From NCBI GenBank assembly GCA_041686025.1, contig JAWLEP010000026.1, forward strand, positions 7,476 through 42,520: 35,045 nt of DNA, in the 5' to 3' direction. This DNA is from Candidatus Fermentibacteraceae bacterium. Its GTDB lineage: Bacteria > Fermentibacterota > Fermentibacteria > Fermentibacterales > JCC-6. The notes below the pieces were generated by a model that was given only the letters and a program-made list of their open reading frames with translations, ran no database searches and was not told the origin of the DNA. Shown one piece after another: positions 8,318 through 17,135 of this stretch. Position 1 is the first letter of the stretch. Each line of letters starts with the position of its first letter. Position numbers and translations under genes: made by a program.

Positions 8318-10857
8318 GGACGGCAGCGGCCCTGCTCATTCTTGCCGTCTCGGCCGGTCTCTCGGCGGACCCCGCGCCCCTGGACACATTCCGCCTGGAG
8401 ATCGCCCCCGCGCATCTGGACAGCCTGGTGGAGACCCCCGAGCGCGGCGAGCGCTACCCGGGGGTGGTGGAGTGGTCGGCAGACAGGTGCAGCTGCCAGG
8501 TGGGCCTGCGCGGCGGCAGCACCATGTACCTGCCCAAGAAGAACTTCCAGCTGGAGCTCTCCGAGCCCAGCGTGGAGGGCTGGTCGGAGATCCTCCTCAA
8601 CGCGGAGCTCAGGGACACCACGCTGATGCGCAACTGCCTGGGCCTCATGCTCACCAGGCTGCAGGGCCGGCCGGCCTCCTTCGCCCGCCACGCCTGGCTG
8701 AGGATAAACGGGGAGGAGTACGGCCTCTACCTGCAGGTGGAGGACATCGACCAGCACTTCCTGAACCGCTTCTCCCTGGGGTCGGGGCCGATATTCAAGT
8801 CCGAGAACCACCCCGCCCGCCTGGCCCTGTTCCCCTGCCACGAGGACCCCCTGGAGTACTGGGAGCCCCGGATGGACTGCGGCCATCAGGGCTGGATGCT
8901 GGAGGAGCTGGCGCAGAGGGTGTGCCTGGGGGGAACCATGGACGTGGATACGATGAGCTTCCTGGACTACGCCGCGGCCTCCATCGCCATCCGCGACGGC
9001 GACTCCATGACCAAGAACCTCTTCGCCATACGCGCCCCCGACGGACTGTGGCGGTTCGTGCCCTGGGACCGGGACGCCACCTTCGGCAACACCTGGTGGG
9101 GGGCGTGGGCCCCCGGACGCGTCCGCGAGGTGTTCTTTCAGCATCTGAGCTACACACCACTGCTTCAGCGGTTCCTGGAGACCGACCAGGGAGCCTGGCT
9201 CATGGCCCAGCGCCTGGAGGTTACGGCCGACCTCATGGAGGACGGCCTGACCCCCGCCGCCGACTCGATCTACCAGCGTATCCGGCCCTACGCCCTGGCC
9301 GACCCCTGGCTGCAGATATCTCCCGACGCGTACGACTCCCTCTGCGACAGCCTGTTCGGCTTTCTGGAGCGCAGGCCGCAAATCCTGCGGGAGGGAGCGG
9401 ACGACCTGGTCTTCTCGCCGGTGGAGTCCCTGCAGGTAACTCCCTGCCGACTGGAGGACGGCGACGACTTCTCCGTGCTGATGGAGAGCGTCCATCCCCT
9501 GGACTTCGCCCAGCTGCACTTCATGGACCCGGAGGCGGCCTGGGCCGAAACCGGCTTCTCCTCCCAGGGCCCGGGTGATACCCTCTGGGAGGCCGGGGGC
9601 CAGCTCCCCGACACCTGCTACGCCTGGGCCATGACCGCCTACACCGCCAGCAGCCTTTCCGGAGACAGCGCATGCCTGGGCACCTATCCCGGCTACGGCT
9701 TCGCCAACTACGGCTGGCAGAGGACGGCCCATCCCTCGGTGGTGAGGGCCCTGGGTCCCCTGGAGGCCGACCTCCTCCAGCCGCAGGACCCGGTCCGCTG
9801 CGGGCCGGCCCTGTGGTACCTGCCGGTGGTAAACGCCTCCGACGAGGCCCAGGACCTCTCCCGCTGCGGCTTCCTGCTGGAGGAAGCGGCGGCCGGCGTC
9901 TACCTCCCCGACTCCTTCCTGCTCCCGGCGGGCGACACCCTCCTGCTGACCAACGACGCCGAGGCCCTGCAGATGGAGGTGCCCTCGACGCCGGTGGCGG
10001 GCAACCTCCAGACTGAGTCTCCCTCCGGGTACGGCCTGGAGCTGCTGAATCCGGGCTGGTCCGTGTTGAGGCGCTACCGGGTGGGGGAGGAGGACACGCT
10101 TCCGGCGCCCCAGTCGCGGCTGGTGATCACCGAGGTCTGCACCACCCCCGCCGCGGAGAGCGGGGACTGGATCGAGCTGTACAACAGGTCCGCCGACGGG
10201 CTGGATCTCTCCGCATACGTGCTTACGGACAACCAGAACAGGAGCTCGGTAATCCCCGGGGGCACAGAGGTTCCGGCATGGGGATTCCTGGTGCTCTGCC
10301 GCAGCGGGGAAGACTTCGAAGAGGTTTTCCCGTCGATACCGGGACAGGTCGTCGCCTGCCTGGAGTCGGGTCTCAGAAGGAGCGCGGACTCGGTGACCCT
10401 GAGGGACAGGATCGGTCGCGTCGCCGCCTCTCTGACCTGGGACGGGGACGAGGGGTGGCCCTGCGGCAGCAACTCCGTCATGGCCCTGGCCTCCGACACC
10501 AGGGAGTACAGGCAGGTGGAGAACTGGACGGCCGCCAGGCTGCCCGGATCGCCGGGAGAGGCCAACCCCTCCTGGTCGCTGGGTCTGGACCTCCCCGTGC
10601 TGATGCCCCTGCGCCCCTGCCCCGCCCGGCTGTCCTCGGTGAGCAGGGTTCTGGCGGGCTTCGCGGTGGACCGGCTGCCCGCGCAGCTGCGGGTCTACTC
10701 CGTGGACGGCCGGCTGGTGGCGGGTCCGGTGGGCGTGAACGGTTACGAGGGCACTGCCAGCCTGTCCCTCGAGGGCTGGAACAGGCCCGGGGTCTACCTG
10801 GTCTCCCTCACCAGCAACGGCAGGACGGTCGTACGCAAGATGGTGGTGATACCGTGA
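8314..10857 (+). CDS. Secreted CotH-family kinase with lamin-tail domain and C-terminal secretion (T9SS/FlgD-type) tail
   Basis: ATGA overlap start, signal peptide MRTAAALLILAVSAG; LRGGST..PKKNF, INGEEYGLYLQVEDID, DGDSMTKN, PWDRDATFG; LVITEV..DWIELYN..GSPGEAN (LTD); GVYLVSL..RKMVV tail. Confidence 0.85.
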   Translation: MRTAAALLILAVSAGLSADPAPLDTFRLEIAPAHLDSLVETPERGERYPGVVEWSADRCSCQVGLRGGSTMYLPKKNFQLELSEPSVEGWSEILLNAELRDTTLMRNCLGLMLTRLQGRPASFARHAWLRINGEEYGLYLQVEDIDQHFLNRFSLGSGPIFKSENHPARLALFPCHEDPLEYWEPRMDCGHQGWMLEELAQRVCLGGTMDVDTMSFLDYAAASIAIRDGDSMTKNLFAIRAPDGLWRFVPWDRDATFGNTWWGAWAPGRVREVFFQHLSYTPLLQRFLETDQGAWLMAQRLEVTADLMEDGLTPAADSIYQRIRPYALADPWLQISPDAYDSLCDSLFGFLERRPQILREGADDLVFSPVESLQVTPCRLEDGDDFSVLMESVHPLDFAQLHFMDPEAAWAETGFSSQGPGDTLWEAGGQLPDTCYAWAMTAYTASSLSGDSACLGTYPGYGFANYGWQRTAHPSVVRALGPLEADLLQPQDPVRCGPALWYLPVVNASDEAQDLSRCGFLLEEAAAGVYLPDSFLLPAGDTLLLTNDAEALQMEVPSTPVAGNLQTESPSGYGLELLNPGWSVLRRYRVGEEDTLPAPQSRLVITEVCTTPAAESGDWIELYNRSADGLDLSAYVLTDNQNRSSVIPGGTEVPAWGFLVLCRSGEDFEEVFPSIPGQVVACLESGLRRSADSVTLRDRIGRVAASLTWDGDEGWPCGSNSVMALASDTREYRQVENWTAARLPGSPGEANPSWSLGLDLPVLMPLRPCPARLSSVSRVLAGFAVDRLPAQLRVYSVDGRLVAGPVGVNGYEGTASLSLEGWNRPGVYLVSLTSNGRTVVRKMVVIP

Positions 10858-13013
10858 GCGGCCTGTGCCTGATGATCCTGCTGGCCTCCCCGGCCTGGCC
10901 GGACTCCCTGGTGACCCTGGAGCTGGAGTTCGACCCGGAGCAGTGGGAGTACGCCTGCGAGAACCCCTTCGAGGACATACAGGTGCCCGCCGTGCTCACC
11001 GCCGGCGGGAGGGAGTATGACGCCACCTTCAGGATTCGGGGCGAGTCCAGCCGCAACTACCCCAAGAAGTCCATCAAGGTGAGGATAGCGGACGGCCGGA
11101 GGCTGTGGGAGTTCGATGAGCTCAACCTCAACGCCCAGTACCTGGACTACACCCGCATACGGGAGAATCTCTCCTACATACTCCACCGGAGGGCGGGCCT
11201 TGAGGTCCCGGACGTGCACATGACCGAGCTGCTCTTCAACGGCGAGACCCAGGGGGCCTACCTGTTCGTGGAGGACGTGGACGGCGACTTCCTGGAGCGC
11301 CACCCGTTCGCCGACGACGCCGTAGTCTACAAGTGCCAGGATAGGGGCGCCTGCCTCGACCGGCCCTGGGAGTTGGACCTCTACCTGAAGAAGACCCACG
11401 AGGACGAGCCCTTCGACGACCTCGAGCTCCTGACGGGCTGGCTCCCCTACGCTCCCGACAGCGTGTTCCGGCGGGACCTGGCCGACCGGGTGGCCTACGG
11501 GGAGCTGCTGGACTTCCTGGCCGCCAACGTCCTGGTTGCCCACGGCAGCTGCTACTACCACAACTACCACATGGTGCTGGACCGGCCCGGTGCGGCGGGC
11601 ACCTGGCATCCTGTCACCTGGGACATGGACCGCACCTGGGGCCTCAGCTACGGACCCAACACCCCCTACTTCTGGACCGCCAACCCCTTCAACCGGCCCA
11701 ACCCCCTGGCCTGGCGCAGCTGGGCCGACGACGGCATTCGGGAGCAGCTCACAGGCAGGGTGGAGGAGCTGGCCCCGCTGCTTCTGCAGATGGAGACCGA
11801 CGGCACGGTGGACTCCCTGGCCGCGCTCACCGAGCCCCTGGTGGAGGCCGATCCCTTCCGGGACTACACCATGGAGGAGTACGGGGAGCAGGTGCAGGTT
11901 GTGCTGAGCTGGCCGGAGAACCGGACCGACTTCCTGGAGGAGCAGTTCACGCAGTGGCCCCTTCCCTTCCGGACCTATCCGCCGGAGAGGGAGGAGGGGG
12001 TCTGCCACCTCCGGTGGAGCGCCGCCGGCGCAGGCTGCAGCTACCTGGTGGAGGTCTCCGCCGACTCCACCTTCGAGGACCCCTCGCAGATGGTGAGCAC
12101 CTGGACCACGGCCGACACCTGCCTCACCGCCGGGGAGGCGGAGGCTCCCCGGGGGGCGTTCTGGCGGGTCTCCGCCGACAACGCTCATCAGACGGTGGGC
12201 TGCATCAACCGGGTCCGCGCGCTGGACCCCCACTGGCACCCCCCCTCCATGGCCGGGAGCCTGGTGATCAACGAGATCAACTACAGCAGCCCTCCGGACG
12301 CCCCCGCCGGGGACTGGCTGGAGCTGGCGAACGCCGGTTCGGATACGGTGTGGACGACCGGCTGGAGCATCCGCAACGGCGCCGCCGACCACCTGCACGT
12401 GCTGGACGGCTACCCGCTGGCCCCCGGGGAGATGCTGGTGGTGTACGCGGACTCCTCCGCCTTCTTCTCGCTGCATCCCGGATGCCCCGCCGACGGCGAC
12501 GCCATGGACTTCGGCCTGGCCGCGGAGGGGGAGAGGGTCCGGCTGTACACGCCCCTCGGGGAGATGCAGGACTTCGTCCGCTACGGGTCGGAGAGCCCGT
12601 GGCCGGAGGCTCCGGACGGTCAGGGGCCGACCCTCTCCCTGAGAGACCCCTCCCTGGACAACGCCCTGCCGGAGTCCTGGGAGGCCGGGCCCTTCATGGG
12701 CACCCCGGGAGTGCCCAACGACTCGCTGCCGGGATGGTCTTCCAGCCCCGCGATGCGATTGAGCCCCGTAAGGCCCAACCCCGCGGTCTCGCAGGCGGGT
12801 GTGACGGTGACCCTGCAGCAGGCCGGAGAGGTCAGGCTCAGCGTCTACGACGTGGCCGGCAGGCTGCGGCTGCAGGGCGGGAGGGAGGAGCTTCCCAGGG
12901 GCAGCTCCTCCATGGACATTGACACCCGGGGGCTGGAGCCGGGAGTTTACTACGTGTTGGTGGAGCATCGGGGGATGGCACTCTCTTCGGGAATGGTGGT
13001 TGTGTCGGAATGA
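10854..13013 (+). CDS. Second secreted CotH-family protein with lamin-tail domain and C-terminal secretion tail
   Basis: GTGA overlap start; IRGESSRNYPKKSIK, FNGETQGAYLFVEDVD, HNYHM, TWDMDRTWG; LVINEINY..DWLELAN..GTPGVPN; PNP..VYDVAGR..GVYYV tail. Confidence 0.85.
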   Translation: MSGLCLMILLASPAWPDSLVTLELEFDPEQWEYACENPFEDIQVPAVLTAGGREYDATFRIRGESSRNYPKKSIKVRIADGRRLWEFDELNLNAQYLDYTRIRENLSYILHRRAGLEVPDVHMTELLFNGETQGAYLFVEDVDGDFLERHPFADDAVVYKCQDRGACLDRPWELDLYLKKTHEDEPFDDLELLTGWLPYAPDSVFRRDLADRVAYGELLDFLAANVLVAHGSCYYHNYHMVLDRPGAAGTWHPVTWDMDRTWGLSYGPNTPYFWTANPFNRPNPLAWRSWADDGIREQLTGRVEELAPLLLQMETDGTVDSLAALTEPLVEADPFRDYTMEEYGEQVQVVLSWPENRTDFLEEQFTQWPLPFRTYPPEREEGVCHLRWSAAGAGCSYLVEVSADSTFEDPSQMVSTWTTADTCLTAGEAEAPRGAFWRVSADNAHQTVGCINRVRALDPHWHPPSMAGSLVINEINYSSPPDAPAGDWLELANAGSDTVWTTGWSIRNGAADHLHVLDGYPLAPGEMLVVYADSSAFFSLHPGCPADGDAMDFGLAAEGERVRLYTPLGEMQDFVRYGSESPWPEAPDGQGPTLSLRDPSLDNALPESWEAGPFMGTPGVPNDSLPGWSSSPAMRLSPVRPNPAVSQAGVTVTLQQAGEVRLSVYDVAGRLRLQGGREELPRGSSSMDIDTRGLEPGVYYVLVEHRGMALSSGMVVVSE

Positions 13014-14416
13014 GATCTGCGGCGGCGGTGATGCTGGCCCTGGCCCTTTCCGGTGCGGCCCGGACTTCGGTGGTCTCACCCGATGACGCCTTCCGGGACA
13101 GCCTGTCCGCCCTCTCCCCCGGAGACACCCTCTACCTCCTCTCTGGCACCTACACCGCCGCGGACACCCTTCCCCTGCTGCACGTGCCCCCGGCGCTGGC
13201 GGGGGTGACGGTCACCACCTCGCCCGACGACCCCGCCGTACTGGACGGCCAGGGCTTTCATCGGCCGGTTCTGTATCTGGAGGGCAGCGGGGCCCAGACC
13301 AGGGTGGAGCTGCTCACCGTTACCGGAGGGGCCGCCCTGAGCGGGCAGTGGTTCGCCGGCGGAGGGGCCTTCCTCTCCGAGGCCGACGCCATCCTCTTCG
13401 GCTGCACCTTTCAGGACAACGCCGCGGCGGTGGGAGGGGCGGTGGCGGCCGAGGCCGGTGAGCCTGTGATCCAGCGGTGCGACTTCCTGGGCAACACCTC
13501 CTCGTCCACCGGGGGCGCGGTCAACCTCTACGCCTGCGTCGCGGAGGTGCTGGACTGCAGGATGCTGGGCAACAGCTGTGCCGACGACGGCGGCGGCCTC
13601 AACGGCTACCAGAGCAGCGTGGTCCTCCGCAACGTCCTCCTGGCCGGCAACCACGCCGGAGACGACGGCGGGGGCCTGACCCTGCTGCAGGGGACCCAGG
13701 ATCTCTCCTACCTGACGGTGGACTCCAACTCCTGCGTCGATGACGGGGCCGGCATCCTCCTCAGCGCCGTGGACTACGCCAGCCTCAGCTCCTGCATCGT
13801 GACCTCCAACCAGGGCAAGCACGGCATAGCCGGAAAGGGATCGCCGGACGTGGACTTCCAGTGCTGCTGCGTCTGGAACAACGAGCTGGGCAACTACGCA
13901 GGCTGGGAGGACCCCACCGGCACCCAGGGCAACATCAGCGTGGACCCGCTCTACGCCGACACCCTCTACCGGCTGAGCCAGACGGCGGCCGGCCAGCCGG
14001 TGCAGAGCCCGTGCGTGGACGCCGGCCACGAGCCGGCATGGGGGTCGTGGGTGGAAGGCTACTCCACCCGCACCGACAGCATCCCCGACTCCCTTACCTC
14101 CGACATGGGCTGGCACCAGCCCAGCTCCCTGCAGAGCGGCCCCGGGGGCGGCGAAGAGCCTCCGGGCGGGATGAGCCTCTTCCCCTCGCCCTTCCGCGAC
14201 AACCTCTTGATACGGGCCCCCGCCCCCGGAGCCGAGGTCTCGGTACGGGTCTACGACTCCGCGGGCAGGCTGCTCTGGCGGCGGGACGCCTACTCTTCCC
14301 GGGACAGCTGGTCGGGAATATGGGCACCGTCGGGCAGGGACGGCCCGGGGGTGGTGCTGGTCCGCCTCCAGTCCGGCGGTGCGGTCTACACCGGAAAGGC
14401 GGTGCTGCTGAGATGA
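13010..14416 (+). CDS. Secreted right-handed parallel beta-helix repeat protein with C-terminal secretion tail
   Basis: ATGA overlap; signal peptide; PGDTLYLLSGTY; repeated GG(A/G)x..FxxN units; GNISVDPLY..SPCVDAG..DMG; FPSPF..VYDSAGR..GVVLVRL..KAVLLR tail. Confidence 0.8.
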   Translation: MRSAAAVMLALALSGAARTSVVSPDDAFRDSLSALSPGDTLYLLSGTYTAADTLPLLHVPPALAGVTVTTSPDDPAVLDGQGFHRPVLYLEGSGAQTRVELLTVTGGAALSGQWFAGGGAFLSEADAILFGCTFQDNAAAVGGAVAAEAGEPVIQRCDFLGNTSSSTGGAVNLYACVAEVLDCRMLGNSCADDGGGLNGYQSSVVLRNVLLAGNHAGDDGGGLTLLQGTQDLSYLTVDSNSCVDDGAGILLSAVDYASLSSCIVTSNQGKHGIAGKGSPDVDFQCCCVWNNELGNYAGWEDPTGTQGNISVDPLYADTLYRLSQTAAGQPVQSPCVDAGHEPAWGSWVEGYSTRTDSIPDSLTSDMGWHQPSSLQSGPGGGEEPPGGMSLFPSPFRDNLLIRAPAPGAEVSVRVYDSAGRLLWRRDAYSSRDSWSGIWAPSGRDGPGVVLVRLQSGGAVYTGKAVLLR

Positions 14417-15804
14417 CGGCCCTGCTTCTCTGCGCCCTGGCGGGCGCGCTGTTCGAGGTATCCCCCGGGGAGAGCGTGCAGGGTGCGCTGGACCAGGCTT
14501 CCGCCGGCGACACCGTCCTTCTCCTCCCGGGAATCCACGCCGGCTCCGGCGAGCACCTGGCGGTGATCACCGGCCAGCATGACGGGGTGATGCTGCTGGG
14601 CGACCCCCAGTCCCCGTCCTCGGTGGTGCTGGACGGCAGCGGCCTGGACGAGTGCGTCCTGCTGGTGGACGGAGCCGCGGCGGGGGACGTGGGGCAGTCC
14701 ACAATCGTGCGCGGCCTCACCCTAAGCGGCGGCGATTCCGGCGCCGACCCCTTCGGCGGCGGCATGCGGCTGAACCACGCATCTCCCACCGTGGATCTCT
14801 GCATCTTCGAGGAGTGCACGGCAGAGAACGGCGGCGGAGCCTACGTCTGGAAGGGCCAGCCGGTGTTCACCGGCTGCATCTTCGACCAGTGCCATTGCGA
14901 GTCCGCCGGCGGCGGACTCTACCTCTACGATTCAGACGCCCAGGTGAGCCACTGCCGCTTCCTGGACTGCCACTCCAACGACGACGGGGCCGGGATCTAC
15001 CTCTACCACTCCGACGCCCAGATGCACGGCTGCCTCTTCGCAGGCGGGTCGGCGGGAGACGACGCGGCAGCCATCTACGCCTACACCTTCTCCTTCCCGG
15101 ACGTGGGCTTCTGCACCTTCACCGGGGGCAGCACCGGCTACGGCAACGCCGGCGCCGTCTACTTCCGGGTGGAGTGCGGGGGATTCATCCACGACAACAT
15201 CGTGGCGGACAACCAGACCACCGGGTTCTACGGTGACGGCGGGGCCTCCCCGGAGTTCAGCCACAACTGCGTCTGGAACAACCAGGGGTCCAACTACGGC
15301 AACCTGCCCGACCCCACCGGGGAGGACGGCAACATAGAGGCGGACCCCCTGTTCACCGGCGACTGGCACCTCAGCTGCACCGCGGCCGGCCAGCCCCAGC
15401 AGAGCCCGTGCATCGACGCCGGATCCATGGGGGTGGTCGAGGCCGGCCTGGAGCTCTACTGGACCCGCACCGACTCGGTCTTCGACACCGGCACCGCCGA
15501 CATGGGCTACCACCACGGCCCGCCGCCGGAGTGGATGGGGGCCGAGGGCCCCGCGGCTCCCGCATCCGGTGCGCTCTCGGCGGCACCGTGCCCTACCACC
15601 GGCAGCCTGGAGCTGTCCTGCGGCGGGCGGACCATGCAGCGGGTGCGGATACTGGACATGGCCGGCCGCGTGACGTACCGGTCCTCCGGCGGCAGCCAGC
15701 TGTCCATTGCCCTGCCGGCTCGTCTCCCCTCCGGCGTCTACCTGGCCACCGCCATGGTGGAGGGCCGCCGACTGGCGGCCCGGGTGGTGCTGGTGCGGCG
15801 ATGA
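14413..15804 (+). CDS. Second secreted beta-helix repeat protein with C-terminal secretion tail
   Basis: ATGA overlap at 14413 (MTALLLCALAGA); GDTVLLLPG; GGG/GAG repeats; GNIEADPLF..SPCIDAG..DMG; ILDMAGR..LPSGVYLA tail. Confidence 0.8.
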   Translation: MTALLLCALAGALFEVSPGESVQGALDQASAGDTVLLLPGIHAGSGEHLAVITGQHDGVMLLGDPQSPSSVVLDGSGLDECVLLVDGAAAGDVGQSTIVRGLTLSGGDSGADPFGGGMRLNHASPTVDLCIFEECTAENGGGAYVWKGQPVFTGCIFDQCHCESAGGGLYLYDSDAQVSHCRFLDCHSNDDGAGIYLYHSDAQMHGCLFAGGSAGDDAAAIYAYTFSFPDVGFCTFTGGSTGYGNAGAVYFRVECGGFIHDNIVADNQTTGFYGDGGASPEFSHNCVWNNQGSNYGNLPDPTGEDGNIEADPLFTGDWHLSCTAAGQPQQSPCIDAGSMGVVEAGLELYWTRTDSVFDTGTADMGYHHGPPPEWMGAEGPAAPASGALSAAPCPTTGSLELSCGGRTMQRVRILDMAGRVTYRSSGGSQLSIALPARLPSGVYLATAMVEGRRLAARVVLVRR

Positions 15805-17135
15805 GCGCACCGGGCCCGGCCCGCCGTCTGCTGCGGGCCGCAGGCTGGCTGCTGCCGGCGGCGCTTCTGGCCGCAGGCTGCGGGGAGAGCCGCCCCAGCT
15901 TCCTGCTGGTGGTGGTGGACGCCCTCCGGGCCGACCACCTGGGCTGCTACGGCTACCACCGGGACACCTCCCCGGCCCTGGACAGCCTGGCGGGCGCCGG
16001 CGTCATGTGGACCCGGGCCCAGGCCCAGGCGCCCTGGACGCTTCCCGCCGGGGCCTCCATCCTCTCCGGGCTGTCGGTCCGCTCGCACCGGGTCGGGCAG
16101 ACGGCCTCCCACCTGTACGGCATGTCCCCGGAGATGCCCACCGCGGCCACCCTGCTGTCCGCGGCGGGATACGCCACCGCCGGGCAGGTCAACGGCTACT
16201 GGCTGGGGCCGGACTTCGGCTTTCACCGGGGGTTCGGGAGTTTTTCCGCCTACCCCAACGGCCACGGCAGGGCCCGGCTGGCGGTGGACGAGATCATCGA
16301 CATGATCGGGGAGCTGGACCCGGACAGGCCCTTCTTCGCCTTCCTGCACCTCTACGACCCCCACTCCCCCTACCATCCCCCCTCGGAGTACGGCGGGCTG
16401 TGGGCCGAGGACCCCGGCGGCGGGCGGTTCCACTGGGACGTCGACCACCTCGCCGGCGTGGTGCGCGACCCGGAGAACAGGCAGCGCTACGTGAACCTCT
16501 ACGACGGCGAGATCAGGTGGACGGACGCCCAGCTGGCCAGGCTGTTCGCCTGGCTGCGGGAGACCGGCAGGGCGGAGACCACGGTGGTCATCGTCACCGC
16601 CGACCACGGCGAGGAGTTTCTGGACCACGGCTGGGTCGAGCACAGCGTCACCCTGTACCAGGAGGTGCTGCACGTGCCCCTGCTGGCGGCGGGGCCGGGA
16701 ATGCCCCGGGGCGTTGTGGACTCCACTGTCGTGGGCCAGATAGACCTGCTGCCCACCATGCTGGAGATGGCCTCCGCCGAGATTCCCCGTCACCTGGAGG
16801 GCCGGCCCATGCTGCCGACGGGCTCCGGGGCCGGGCGGGTCATGCCCTCCAGCGGCCCCACCCCCGAGCACAGCCCCTCCGGAACCGTCCGTGACCGGAA
16901 CCGGGTCGCCGTGAGGCAGGGCGACCGGAAGCTGATCTGGGACGCCGACGCGGACAGCGCCGTGATGTACGACCTGGCCGCAGACTCCGGGGAGATGAGC
17001 CCCCTTCCCCCCGACAGCGGTCTTCTGCGCGAGGCCATGCGGCACTGGGCCACCCCCCGGGCCTTCGAGCCGGTGGAGGTGGAGGGGCCGGAGGGGGAAG
17101 AGGCGGACATGCTCCGGGACCTGGGCTACATCTAG
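15801..17135 (+). CDS. Sulfatase-like hydrolase/transferase (alkaline phosphatase superfamily), probable lipoprotein
   Basis: ATGA overlap; lipobox-like LAAGC; VVVDALRADHLG, PWTLPA, HLYDPHSPY, YDGEI, TADHGEEF, LHVPL, DLLPT, LRDLGYI. Confidence 0.85.
   Translation: MSAPGPARRLLRAAGWLLPAALLAAGCGESRPSFLLVVVDALRADHLGCYGYHRDTSPALDSLAGAGVMWTRAQAQAPWTLPAGASILSGLSVRSHRVGQTASHLYGMSPEMPTAATLLSAAGYATAGQVNGYWLGPDFGFHRGFGSFSAYPNGHGRARLAVDEIIDMIGELDPDRPFFAFLHLYDPHSPYHPPSEYGGLWAEDPGGGRFHWDVDHLAGVVRDPENRQRYVNLYDGEIRWTDAQLARLFAWLRETGRAETTVVIVTADHGEEFLDHGWVEHSVTLYQEVLHVPLLAAGPGMPRGVVDSTVVGQIDLLPTMLEMASAEIPRHLEGRPMLPTGSGAGRVMPSSGPTPEHSPSGTVRDRNRVAVRQGDRKLIWDADADSAVMYDLAADSGEMSPLPPDSGLLREAMRHWATPRAFEPVEVEGPEGEEADMLRDLGYI

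Noticed and set aside
8314..13013. CotH genes as evidence for sporulation
   Set aside because: CotH kinases are widespread in non-sporulators, and these carry signal peptides and secretion tails
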